A stretch of DNA of 64,000 nt. It comes from Chloroflexota bacterium (lineage in GTDB: Bacteria > Chloroflexota > Limnocylindria > P2-11E). Below the pieces are notes generated by a model that saw only the letters and a list, made by a program, of their open reading frames with translations, was not told where the DNA came from and did not search any database. The DNA lies in the NCBI GenBank assembly GCA_027310565.1, contig DAIDAP010000037.1:256163-320162 (forward strand), given 5' to 3'. The number at the start of each line of letters is the position of its first letter. The stretch's first letter is position 1. Of this stretch, positions 8,924-18,040 are shown one piece after another. Both the position numbers and the translations under genes were made by a program.

Positions 8924-10477
8924 ATGAAGGACGGGCCGACCGCTGGGTCGGCCCGTCCCGTCCTCGAGATGCGCGGCATCACCAAGCGATTCCCGACGGG
9001 GACGCTGGCGAACGACGGGATCGACCTCGACGTCCGGCGCGGCGAGATCCATGCGCTCCTCGGCGAGAACGGCGCCGGCAAGACGACGCTCATGAACATC
9101 CTCTACGGCCTCCTGGTGCCTGACGCGGGAGAGATCCGGATCGACGGCGCGGTGGCGACGATCCACGATCCCGCGGACGCGATCGCGCGCGGCATCGGCA
9201 TGGTGCACCAGCACTTCATGCTCGTACCCGTCCTCACCGTCGCCGAGAACGTCATCCTCGGACAGGAGATCACGCGGGCCGCGCAGATCCTCGACCTGGC
9301 CGAGGCGGGCAGACGCATCCGGGCCCTCGGCGCCCGTCTCGGGTTCGATATCGACCCCGGCGCGCGCGTCTCCGGGCTCTCCGTCGGGCAGCAGCAGCGC
9401 GTCGAGATCGCCAAGGCCGTGTACCGCGACGTGCGGATCCTCGTCCTCGACGAGCCGACGGCGGTCCTCACGCCACAGGAGACCCGCGAGATCTTCGGCG
9501 TGCTGCGCGCGCTCCGTCAGGACGGCGCGAGCATCGTCTTCATCAGCCACAAGCTCGACGAGGTGCTCGAGATCGCCGACCGCATCACCGTGATCCGCCG
9601 TGGCAGGGTCGTGGGCAGCCGGCGACCCGGCGAGACGAGCGAGCAGGAGCTCGCGGACCTCATGGTCGGTCGGAGCGTCTCCCTCCGTGTGGACCGCGGG
9701 ACCTCCCACGCGGGCGCGCCCGCGCTCGAGATCGTCGGGCTCCGCGCGAACGACGACCGCCGGCACGAGACCGTCCGCGGCGTCGACGTCACCGTGCGTG
9801 CGGGCGAGATCGTCGGGATCGCCGGCGTGGCCGGCAACGGGCAGGACGAGCTCATCGAGTGCCTCGTCGGCCTCCGGCGGCCGACCGCGGGCGCCGTCCG
9901 CCTCGCCGGGCGGGACGTCACCCGCGCCAGCGTCGACCGGCGGCGCGACGTCGGATTCGCGTTCGTCCCGGCGGACCGCCACCGCTACGGGCTGGTCCTT
10001 CCGTACACCGTCCGGGACAACCTCGTCCTGACTCGCTACGCGGAGCGGCCGTACGTCGGCGGCCTCGGCACGTTCATCCGGCAGGATGCGGCGATCGACG
10101 AGGCGGCGCGGCGCCTCATCGCGGAGTTCGACATCCGCACGCCCTCGGAGCGCGACCCGGTGAGCACGCTCTCCGGCGGCAACCAGCAGAAGGTGATCGT
10201 CGCGCGCGAGTTCCGCCAGGACCTGAAGGTCATGGTGCTCGACCAGCCCACGCGCGGTCTCGACGTCGGCAGCATCGAGTTCATCCACAGGCAGGTCATC
10301 GCACGGCGTGACGCCGGCGTCGGCGTGCTCCTCGTCTCGGCGGAGCTCGACGAGGTGCTCGAGCTGTCGGATCGCGTGCTGGTGATGCATCGCGGCCGCA
10401 TCGTCGGCGAGTTCGCCGCCTCCGAGGCCCAGCGCGACCGCATCGGCCTCCTCATGGCGAAGGGCGCGGCGGCGTGA
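8924..10477 (+). CDS. Nucleoside/sugar ABC ATP-binding protein (CUT2, two NBDs)
   Basis: GENGAGKTT, GIGMVHQHFML, LDEPTAVLTPQE, LSGGNQQK, QPTRGLDVG; ATG at 8924. Confidence 0.93.
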   Translation: MKDGPTAGSARPVLEMRGITKRFPTGTLANDGIDLDVRRGEIHALLGENGAGKTTLMNILYGLLVPDAGEIRIDGAVATIHDPADAIARGIGMVHQHFMLVPVLTVAENVILGQEITRAAQILDLAEAGRRIRALGARLGFDIDPGARVSGLSVGQQQRVEIAKAVYRDVRILVLDEPTAVLTPQETREIFGVLRALRQDGASIVFISHKLDEVLEIADRITVIRRGRVVGSRRPGETSEQELADLMVGRSVSLRVDRGTSHAGAPALEIVGLRANDDRRHETVRGVDVTVRAGEIVGIAGVAGNGQDELIECLVGLRRPTAGAVRLAGRDVTRASVDRRRDVGFAFVPADRHRYGLVLPYTVRDNLVLTRYAERPYVGGLGTFIRQDAAIDEAARRLIAEFDIRTPSERDPVSTLSGGNQQKVIVAREFRQDLKVMVLDQPTRGLDVGSIEFIHRQVIARRDAGVGVLLVSAELDEVLELSDRVLVMHRGRIVGEFAASEAQRDRIGLLMAKGAAA

Positions 10478-11613
10478 CGCGCCTGCGGGCCGCCTGGCGG
10501 GTGGCCTCGATCCCCGTCTACAGCATCCTGCTCGCGCTCCTGGTCGCCGCGGTCGTCATCATCGTCTCCAGCACCTTCACCGCGACCGGCTTCGACCCGC
10601 TGCTCCCGCTCGCGGCGTACCTGCGCCTGCTCATCGGCGCGTTCGGCAGCCCGAGCGGCATCTCGAACACGCTCGTCGCGGCCGCGCCGCTCATGTTCGG
10701 GGGCCTCGCCGTCGGCCTCGGGCTGAAGGCCGGCCTGTTCAACATCGGCGTCGCGGGCCAGTTCCTCGTCGGGGCGTTCGCGTCGGCGGTCGTCGGAGCA
10801 AGCCTCGCGGGGGCACCGATGCTCGTCGGGATGCCCCTCGCGGTGCTCGCGGGCGCCCTCGCCGGCGCCGCCTACGGCTTCATCCCCGGGTTCCTCAAGG
10901 CGCGCACCGGGGCCCACGAGGTCGTGACCACGATCATGCTCAACAACGCCGCGACGCTCCTGCTCACCTGGGCCGTCAACGACCTGGTCCGCGCACCAGG
11001 CTTCACCTTCCCTCGCACCGCGGCCGTCGGAGAGAGCGCCCTCCCGGTGCTCATCGGCCGCAACCTCCACCTCGGCGTGGTGCTCGCGGTCGTCGCGATC
11101 TTCGTCGTGCGGTGGGTCCTCGACCGCACGACCCTCGGCTTCGAGATCCGCACGGTCGGCCTGAACCCCGAGGCCGCGCGGTACGCCGGCATGCGGCCGG
11201 TCTTCATCACCGCGCTCACCATGACGCTCTCGGGTCTTCTCGCCGGGCTCGCCGGATCCATCCAGATGCTCGGGGTCATCGGCTTCTACGCTCCGGGCAT
11301 CACCGCGTCGGTCGGGTTCGACTCGATCGCCGTCGCGCTCCTCGGCCGGTCCGATCCGATCGGCATCCTGTTCGCGGCGCTGCTCTTCGGCGCGTTCCGC
11401 GCCGGGGCGCCGCTCATGCAGATCGAGACGAGCGTGCCGATCGAGGTCATCGACATCATCCAGGCCCTGGTGATCCTCTTCCTGGCGGCCGACCTCATCG
11501 TCCGCAGGCTGTTCCGCGTCCGAGCCGCGAAGCCTGAGATCGCCGAGCTGCAGACCGTCACCAAGACCTGGGGCGGCACCACGCCGAGCACGACGCCGGG
11601 CGGCGGGGACTGA
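10474..11613 (+). CDS. Nucleoside ABC permease 1
   Basis: GLFNIGVAGQ, GAHEVVTTIMLN, GFEIRTVG.N..AARYAG, GFDSIAVALLG. Confidence 0.92.
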   Translation: MTRLRAAWRVASIPVYSILLALLVAAVVIIVSSTFTATGFDPLLPLAAYLRLLIGAFGSPSGISNTLVAAAPLMFGGLAVGLGLKAGLFNIGVAGQFLVGAFASAVVGASLAGAPMLVGMPLAVLAGALAGAAYGFIPGFLKARTGAHEVVTTIMLNNAATLLLTWAVNDLVRAPGFTFPRTAAVGESALPVLIGRNLHLGVVLAVVAIFVVRWVLDRTTLGFEIRTVGLNPEAARYAGMRPVFITALTMTLSGLLAGLAGSIQMLGVIGFYAPGITASVGFDSIAVALLGRSDPIGILFAALLFGAFRAGAPLMQIETSVPIEVIDIIQALVILFLAADLIVRRLFRVRAAKPEIAELQTVTKTWGGTTPSTTPGGGD

Positions 11614-12647
11614 TGGACCTCCTCGCGATCCCCCGCCTCGTCTTCGAGTTCGCGGTGTACCTCCTCACGGTCCTGCCCGACCTGCTGCCGATCATCCTGG
11701 CGCTCGCGACGCCGCTCGCGCTCGGCGCGCTCTGCGGCGTGCTCAACGAGCGCTCCGGGGTCGTCAACATCGGGATCGAGGGCATGATGCTCATGTCCGC
11801 CTTCTTCGGGTACCTCACCGGTTTCGCGCTCCACCAGACCGTCGGCAGCGCGGTCGCGATCTGGCTCGGCATCGCCGTCGCGGTCGGCGTCGGCGCGCTC
11901 CTCGGGCTGCTGCACGCCTGGCTCTCCGTATCGGTGCGCGCCGATCAGATCATCGCGGGGACGATGATGAACATCGCGGCCCTGGGGGTCACCGGCTACC
12001 TCAACCGGCTCATCATCACCCCCTCCGGCCGCGGCGGCGCCGGGGTCATCCCGCCGTTCCGGATCCCGCCGGAGCTCGCCGACCTGCCGGTCGTGGGGCC
12101 GATCCTGGCGATGTTCCTCGACCAGGGGCCCATCGCGATGAGCGTGATCGTGTTCGTGCTGGTCCTCCAGTTCGGGCTGTTCCGGACCCGGTGGGGCCTT
12201 CGGACGCGCGCGGTAGGCGAGCACCCCAAGGCGGCCGACACGCTGGGGATCGACGTCTTCCGCCAGCGCTACCTCAACGTCATCCTCGGCGGCGCGCTCG
12301 CCGGGCTCGCCGGCGCGTTCCTCACGCTGGAGTCCACCGGCTCGTTCCAGAACGGGATGACCGGCGGCCGTGGCTTCATCGCGCTCGCGGCGATGATCTT
12401 CGGCCGCTGGACGCCGGTGGGCTCCTTCCTCGGGGCGCTCCTCTTCGGGACGGCGACGGCTTTCGGCGTCGTCGTGAGCGTGCGGCCGGCCGAGGGCGAC
12501 CTGGGCGTGATCTTGCGCTCGATCCCGACGTTCTGGTATGCCGCGCTGCCGTACCTGCTCACCGTGGTCATCCTCGCCGGGGTGGTCGGCCGCTCGGTCC
12601 CGCCGGCCGCCGACGGCGTCCCCTACGCGAAGGAGGGCAAAGCCTAA
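11613..12647 (+). CDS. Nucleoside ABC permease 2
   Basis: ERSGVVNIGIEGMML, GLRTRAVGEHP.AA, GRGFIALAAMIFGRW. Confidence 0.92.
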   Translation: MDLLAIPRLVFEFAVYLLTVLPDLLPIILALATPLALGALCGVLNERSGVVNIGIEGMMLMSAFFGYLTGFALHQTVGSAVAIWLGIAVAVGVGALLGLLHAWLSVSVRADQIIAGTMMNIAALGVTGYLNRLIITPSGRGGAGVIPPFRIPPELADLPVVGPILAMFLDQGPIAMSVIVFVLVLQFGLFRTRWGLRTRAVGEHPKAADTLGIDVFRQRYLNVILGGALAGLAGAFLTLESTGSFQNGMTGGRGFIALAAMIFGRWTPVGSFLGALLFGTATAFGVVVSVRPAEGDLGVILRSIPTFWYAALPYLLTVVILAGVVGRSVPPAADGVPYAKEGKA

Positions 12648-12679
12648 GCGCCTGCGGGATCGACAGGACGCCTGCGTCC

Positions 12680-12856
12680 GGTCAGACCATCCGAGGCACG
12701 CCCTCGTGGCCTACGAACCCCGTACCGGCGAGGAGCACGACAGACCTCTGACCACCCTCGGCGCGTCGTCGCCCAGGCGACGAACGGGTGCTGCTGTCCC
12801 CGTCTTGCACGGCGATATACCATCCCGCAAGGTCTGACCACCAGTCAGTCTGACCA
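12680..12856 (+). promoter_or_regulatory. GntR/FadR operator boxes upstream of tctCBA
   Basis: GGTCAGACCA (12680), GGTCTGACCA (12831), AGTCTGACCA (12847). Confidence 0.65.
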
Positions 12857-12884
12857 GGCGCGTCTCTAAAGAGAACCGAGGTGG

Positions 12885-13946
12885 ATGAAAGCGATGAGTC
12901 GTTCTGTAGCCCGCTCCCTCGCGCTGCTCGTGACCGTCACGCTGCTTGCCACCGGCTGTGCCAGTCCGGCGGCGAGCTCCCCGACGCCGTCGGCGGCAGG
13001 GTCGTCCGCGCCACCGGCCCCAACGGCCTCGGCCGCGCCGATTCTCACGCGCCCGGTCGAGTTCGTGATCAGCACCGGCCCCGGCGGCGGCTCCGACCTC
13101 TACGCGCGGCTGTGGACCGGGATCATGACGTCCCAGAAACTCGTCAACGTGCCCGTCGTTCCGGTGAACAAGCCGGGCGGCGCCGGGGCGATCGCCTTCC
13201 AGTACACCATCTCCAAGATCGGCGATCCCCACTACCTCATGGTGACGCTGAACAGCTTCTTCACCACGATCCTCGTGCAGAACCTGCCGTTCAAGTCGAG
13301 CGACTTCACCCCGATCGCGGTCTTGGCCAAAGACCCGTTCTTCCTGTGGGTGAACGCCGATAGCACGTGGAAGACGGCGCAGGACTTCATCGCCGCGGCC
13401 AAGGAGAAATCCATCACCGTCGCCGGCACGGGCTCCAAGCAGGAGGACGAGGTGATGTTCCGGCGCATCGAGAAGCTCGCCGGCACCAAACCCTTCAACT
13501 ACATCCCGTACGACGAGGGCAGCACCGTCGCGGCGTCCCTGGCGGGGCACGCGGGGGGAACCGAGGTCACGGTGAACAACCCCAGCGAGGGCCTCGGGCT
13601 GTGGCAGGCGTCACCGCCCAAGGTGCGGCCCATCTGCGCGTTCCTGCCCGATCCGCCCGCGGGCGCCTTCCAGGGCGTGCCCACGTGCAAGTCGCAGGGC
13701 CTCGACATCACCGACTACTTCAACCTGCGTTCAGTGGTCGGCCCGCCGGGCCTCAACGACGCCCAGATCGCGTACTGGGGTGACGTGTTCAAGAAGGTGA
13801 ACGACGCGAAGGAGTGGAAGGACTTCGTGACCCAGAACGTCCTCGTCGCCGACTTCAGGACCGGCGCGGACGCGAAGAAGCTCTTCGACGAGTACACCAA
13901 GCTGCACACCGACATCGCCATTCAGAACGGCTGGTACAACCCGTAA
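12885..13946 (+). CDS. tctC: Tripartite tricarboxylate transporter substrate-binding lipoprotein (Bug/TctC)
   Basis: Lipobox LATGC; GPGGGSDLYAR, VNKPGGAG, DFTPIA, VPTCKSQG. Confidence 0.88.
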   Translation: MKAMSRSVARSLALLVTVTLLATGCASPAASSPTPSAAGSSAPPAPTASAAPILTRPVEFVISTGPGGGSDLYARLWTGIMTSQKLVNVPVVPVNKPGGAGAIAFQYTISKIGDPHYLMVTLNSFFTTILVQNLPFKSSDFTPIAVLAKDPFFLWVNADSTWKTAQDFIAAAKEKSITVAGTGSKQEDEVMFRRIEKLAGTKPFNYIPYDEGSTVAASLAGHAGGTEVTVNNPSEGLGLWQASPPKVRPICAFLPDPPAGAFQGVPTCKSQGLDITDYFNLRSVVGPPGLNDAQIAYWGDVFKKVNDAKEWKDFVTQNVLVADFRTGADAKKLFDEYTKLHTDIAIQNGWYNP

Positions 13947-13950
13947 CCTC

Positions 13951-14436
13951 ATGCGTCCGTACCAGACGGCGACGGCGGTGATCTTCGTCTTGATTGCCGC
14001 CGTCGCCATGTTCGACTCGCGTGCCGGCGCGCTGCCCGATCCGACGGGCCTCGTTCCCGGCGGCCTGCGGGCGGGCTGGTTCCCGTTCTGGGCGGCCACG
14101 ATCGTCGCCCTCGCGGGCCTCGTGGCGACGGTCCGCGCCCTCACGACCGCCCAGCCCGCGGAGGGCGCCTTCACGGACCGCCGCCAGATCGTGGACCTCG
14201 CCAAGTTCGTCGTCCCGATGGCCCTCGTCGGGTGGCTCATGTCGCCCGGGTTGCTCGGGTTCTACATCGCGAGCGGGCTCTATCTCGGCTACTACGCCGG
14301 CGTCGTCGCGCGCTACCGCTGGTACTACGCGCTCGCCTCCGGCATCGTGATCCCCGTCCTCATCTACCTGTCGTTCGAGCTCGCTTTCAGCGCCCTGCTC
14401 CCGAAGAGCTTCCTCTATCCCACGCTGCCATTCTGA
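13951..14436 (+). CDS. tctB: TTT small membrane subunit
   Basis: G.RAGWFPFW, LGFYIAS, C-terminal F...LP; lies between tctC and tctA. Confidence 0.82.
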   Translation: MRPYQTATAVIFVLIAAVAMFDSRAGALPDPTGLVPGGLRAGWFPFWAATIVALAGLVATVRALTTAQPAEGAFTDRRQIVDLAKFVVPMALVGWLMSPGLLGFYIASGLYLGYYAGVVARYRWYYALASGIVIPVLIYLSFELAFSALLPKSFLYPTLPF

Positions 14437-14449
14437 TCGGAGGTCTCGT

Positions 14450-14539
14450 CTAGTGCCGTTCCAACTCGATCCCGCGATGAGACGGAATCCGCTCGAGCCG
14501 GTGGCCGCTGATCCCGAGCTCGCGGTGTCGGAGCACTAG
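14450..14539. repeat. 90-bp element with CTAGTGC...GCACTAG ends (possible MITE)
   Basis: 7-bp terminal inverted repeats; separates GGAGGT (14439) from the tctA TTG start. Confidence 0.4.
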
Positions 14540-14540
14540 A

Positions 14541-16082
14541 TTGGACGCCTTCGGCTCGCTGCTCGGCGGGTTCGGCACCGCGCTGCAACCGACCAACCTC
14601 GTGTTCCTGCTCGCCGGAGTCCTGCTCGGGCTCATCATCGGGGTCCTCCCCGGGCTCGGTGGGACCAGCGGCGTCGCCATCCTCCTGCCGATCAGTGTCT
14701 TCATCGCGCGGGACAACAGCGCCACGACGGCGATCATCTTCCTCGCCGGGATCTACTGGGGCGCGCTCTTCGGCGGGGTCATCACCTCGATCCTGTTCAA
14801 CATCCCGGGCGAGCCGTGGGCTGTGGCGCTCCTGTTCGACGGTTACCCCCTCGCCAGGCGCAGGGGCAAACCCGGGGTGGCGCTGGCGAGCTCGTTCGTC
14901 GCGTCGTGGGTGGGCGCGTTCTTCGCGACCATCCTGCTCACGTTCCTGGCGAAGACCATCGCCGACATCGCCCTCCAGTTCGGTCCAGCCGACCTGTTCG
15001 CCATCTTCGTCCTCTCGTTCGCGACGCTCATCGGTCTCGGCGCCGAATCGCCGATCAAGGCCGTCATGATGGTCGCTTTCGGGCTCCTCCTCGCGGCGGT
15101 CGGCTTCGACAGGATCACGGGCGAGCCGCGGCTCACGTTCGGGCAGGTCGAGCTGCTCAACGGCATCGGGTTCGTCCCGGTCACCATCGGGCTTTTCGGG
15201 ATCGGCGAGGTCATCGCCGCGAACGAGGAGGCCGCGATCGGCGCCGCCGGAGCCATCGCCGCGAAGGTCGGCCTCAAGGACCTGCTCGAGACGCTCGCCG
15301 CGCTGAAGCAGCGCTTCCTGCTCGTGGCGGCGAACGGCATCATCGGCTTCTTCTTCGGCAGCCTTCCCGGGCACGGCGCCACGGCCGGGTCGTTCCTCGG
15401 CTACGGCCTCGCGCGGCAGTGGTCGAAGAACAAGGAGGAGTTCGGGAAGGGCGAGATCTCCGGGATCATGGCGCCGCAGGCTGCCGCGGACGCGTCGGCG
15501 GTCGGCGCGATGGTGCCGTTGCTGTCCCTCGGCGTGCCGGGGTCGCCGACGGGCGCGGTCCTCATGGCCGGTCTCTTCATCTGGGGCTTGGTACCGGGAC
15601 CGCTGCTGTTCATCCAGCACCCCGAGTTCGTGTGGGGGTTCATCGCGAGCATATACGTCGGCCACTTCCTGACGTTCCTCATCACCCTCACGGCCGTACC
15701 GCTCCTCGCGCTCATCATGCGGGTGCCGCACGGGGTCCTCACACCGCTCATCATCATCATCTCGGTGATCGGCTCGTACACGCTGAACAACAGCATGCTC
15801 GACGTCGCCATCACGATCGTCGCCGGAGTCGTGGGCTACTGGCTGCGCAAGATGAAGTACCCGCTCGCCCCGCTCGTCGTGGCCGTCGTGCTCGGCAATG
15901 CGACGGAGGTGGAGCTCCGTAGGGCGCTCATCGGCAGCAGCGGGCAGTGGACCGTCTTCTTCACGAGCCCGGCGTCGGCGGTGTTCCTCGCGATCGCCGC
16001 CCTGCTCCTCGCGTGGCCGTTCATCGGCAAGGCGCTCCAGGTCCGACGCGTGTCCGCGGCCCCGCCCGCCGCCGCAAAATGA
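14541..16082 (+). CDS. tctA: TTT large membrane subunit
   Basis: GVLPGLG, SILFNIPGE, EEFGKG, PLLSLGVPGS, GLVPGPLLF. Confidence 0.93.
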   Translation: MDAFGSLLGGFGTALQPTNLVFLLAGVLLGLIIGVLPGLGGTSGVAILLPISVFIARDNSATTAIIFLAGIYWGALFGGVITSILFNIPGEPWAVALLFDGYPLARRRGKPGVALASSFVASWVGAFFATILLTFLAKTIADIALQFGPADLFAIFVLSFATLIGLGAESPIKAVMMVAFGLLLAAVGFDRITGEPRLTFGQVELLNGIGFVPVTIGLFGIGEVIAANEEAAIGAAGAIAAKVGLKDLLETLAALKQRFLLVAANGIIGFFFGSLPGHGATAGSFLGYGLARQWSKNKEEFGKGEISGIMAPQAAADASAVGAMVPLLSLGVPGSPTGAVLMAGLFIWGLVPGPLLFIQHPEFVWGFIASIYVGHFLTFLITLTAVPLLALIMRVPHGVLTPLIIIISVIGSYTLNNSMLDVAITIVAGVVGYWLRKMKYPLAPLVVAVVLGNATEVELRRALIGSSGQWTVFFTSPASAVFLAIAALLLAWPFIGKALQVRRVSAAPPAAAK

Positions 16083-16165
16083 ACCCGATCGGGGTCGTCC
16101 TCGTGCGGTCGTGGAGCTCGGCCTCCGGAACGGCCTGGCATTCAGGAACGCCCGAGCGCCCACGT

Positions 16166-16222
16166 TTGACAACGTTCGCCACCGCCGATAGCCTCCGATT
16201 GATTGGTCAGGCCACCTGACCA
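16166..16222 (+). promoter_or_regulatory. Sigma70 promoter plus palindromic operator of the gntR-OFOR operon
   Basis: TTGACA (16166)-17 nt-TAGCCT (16189); TGGTCAGG-CCA-CCTGACCA (16204-16222). Confidence 0.75.
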
Positions 16223-16242
16223 GAGCAGGAGGCACTGGGGCC

Positions 16243-16944
16243 ACGATCGAGCCGATCCGGCGCAGCAAGCTCTACCAGGGCATCGTCGAGCAGATCGAGG
16301 CACTCCTCGAGAAGGGCGAGCTCAGGCCAGGCGATCAGCTCCCGGCGGAGCGAACGCTGGCCGAGCAGCTCCAGGTCTCGCGTGCCTCGGTGCGGGAGGC
16401 GTTGCGCACCCTCGAGCTCCTGGGCGTCGTCGAGACGCGCGCGGGTGGCGGCACGTTCGTGCGCCGCGTGGCGCCGGACGACCTCATGCGCCCGCTCACG
16501 AGCCTCATCGCCCGCGGGCACTCGATCCCCGACGTCATCGAGTTCCGCGGGATCGTCGAGCCGGCGATCGCCGCGCTCGCCGCGAGGCGCATCGACGTCG
16601 CGCAGCTCGCGGAGCTGCGCGACCTCCTCGCCGCCCAGGCGCGCAAGGTCGACCAGAGCCAGCCGTACGTCGACGAGGACACCCGCTTCCACGAGGTCAT
16701 CGGCGAAGCCGCGGGCAACGAGCTGCTCACCACGATGCTCGGCGTGATCTGGGACGTCCTGCGCGCGTCGCGCGAGCAGTGGCTGCAGACGCATAGCCGC
16801 GCGCAGGCGTCGCTCGAGGCGCATCGCCGCATCTACGACGCTCTCGCGCGGCACGACGCCGAGGCCGCGCGGGCCGCGAGCGCCGAGCACATCCGCGCGG
16901 TCGGCGAAGGGATCCTGAAGCTGTTGGGAGGTCGGAATGGCTGA
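16243..16944 (+). CDS. FadR-subfamily GntR regulator (start uncertain, apparently non-canonical)
   Basis: IEPIRRSKLYQGIVEQI...LRPGDQLPAERTLAEQLQVSRASVREAL wHTH begins well before the first GTG (16390); FCD domain D..FH...AAGN, H..IYDAL. Confidence 0.88.
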   Translation, partial: TIEPIRRSKLYQGIVEQIEALLEKGELRPGDQLPAERTLAEQLQVSRASVREALRTLELLGVVETRAGGGTFVRRVAPDDLMRPLTSLIARGHSIPDVIEFRGIVEPAIAALAARRIDVAQLAELRDLLAAQARKVDQSQPYVDEDTRFHEVIGEAAGNELLTTMLGVIWDVLRASREQWLQTHSRAQASLEAHRRIYDALARHDAEAARAASAEHIRAVGEGILKLLGGRNG

Positions 16945-18040
16945 CGAGAAGTCGATCTCGGTGGAGGTCGTCTACCGGGGCATCTTCCAGAAGACGCTGG
17001 CGCAGCGCATCTGCCGCTCGATCGTCCTCGCGTCGCGCAAGAAAGGGCACACCGGCACCGCGTTCTCCCGCTACGGTGACTCGCCGGAGCGCAACGGCGT
17101 CCCGGCGAAGCAGTTCGCGATCGTCGCGGTCGACGAGATCGAGCTGGAGGCGTCGATGGCGAAGTACGAGCCGGCCGTCGTCGATATCTCGGTCGCCGTC
17201 GACGACACGCTCGTGAAGGGCGTCGAGTCGTGGGCCTGGTACGGACGGCAGCCCATCTGGAAGCCGATCCGCGAGGGCGGGACCCTGCTCGTCACGAGCG
17301 AGAAGACCCCGGGCGAGATCGTCGCGCAGTCCGACCGGACGCCGAAGCCCTACACGCTCGGGATCGTGCCCGGCGGCGCGTCGTTCGCCGGCCTGTGGGT
17401 TTACAAGGACGACCACACCGATTACCGCGTCCTGGGCGCGCTCGCGAAGGTCGCGCCGCGGTGGCTCCCGCTCGAGGCGGCGAAGCAGGCCGCCCTCGAC
17501 CTCGCGAAGGGCGACCGGTCGGCGGCGGCCTCCGTGCAGTACGGCTACGACGCGACCGTCCTGCGCCAGGTCGGGGCCGGTGAGGGCACCGACGGCCACG
17601 AGAAGCTCCAGTTCACCAAGCCCGGCTGGACGACCATGCGGCCGGGCATCGTCGTCGACGCGCGCAAGCCCGGCCAGCGCAATCCCCAGTACAAGAAGTA
17701 CACGGCCCGCACGCAGCGGCCGGTCGTGAACTTCGACACGTGCATCAAGTGCACGATGTGCTGGCTGGACTGCCCCGACGAGTGTTTCGAGGTGACGCCC
17801 GAGGGCCACTACGAGGTCGTCTACGAGGCGTGCATCGGCTGCGGCATCTGCGCGCAGGTCTGCCCCGTGAAGGACTGCATCGTCATGGTCGACGAGCTCA
17901 AGTTCGCCGACAACCGGGACAGGTGGCAGGACTGGAAGAAGGATCGCGGCGCGTACAACACGTGGTTCGAGAAGGTGAGCGGCGTCCCGGCCGACCCCAA
18001 GGCGGCCGCGCCGGCGTCAGCGGCGGGAGGTGATGACTAG
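16937..18040 (+). CDS. 2-oxoacid:ferredoxin oxidoreductase gamma-delta fused subunit (OOR-like)
   Basis: YGDSPERNGVP, RTQRPVVN, CIKCTMCWLDCP and CIGCGICAQVCP. Confidence 0.88.
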   Translation: MADEKSISVEVVYRGIFQKTLAQRICRSIVLASRKKGHTGTAFSRYGDSPERNGVPAKQFAIVAVDEIELEASMAKYEPAVVDISVAVDDTLVKGVESWAWYGRQPIWKPIREGGTLLVTSEKTPGEIVAQSDRTPKPYTLGIVPGGASFAGLWVYKDDHTDYRVLGALAKVAPRWLPLEAAKQAALDLAKGDRSAAASVQYGYDATVLRQVGAGEGTDGHEKLQFTKPGWTTMRPGIVVDARKPGQRNPQYKKYTARTQRPVVNFDTCIKCTMCWLDCPDECFEVTPEGHYEVVYEACIGCGICAQVCPVKDCIVMVDELKFADNRDRWQDWKKDRGAYNTWFEKVSGVPADPKAAAPASAAGGDD

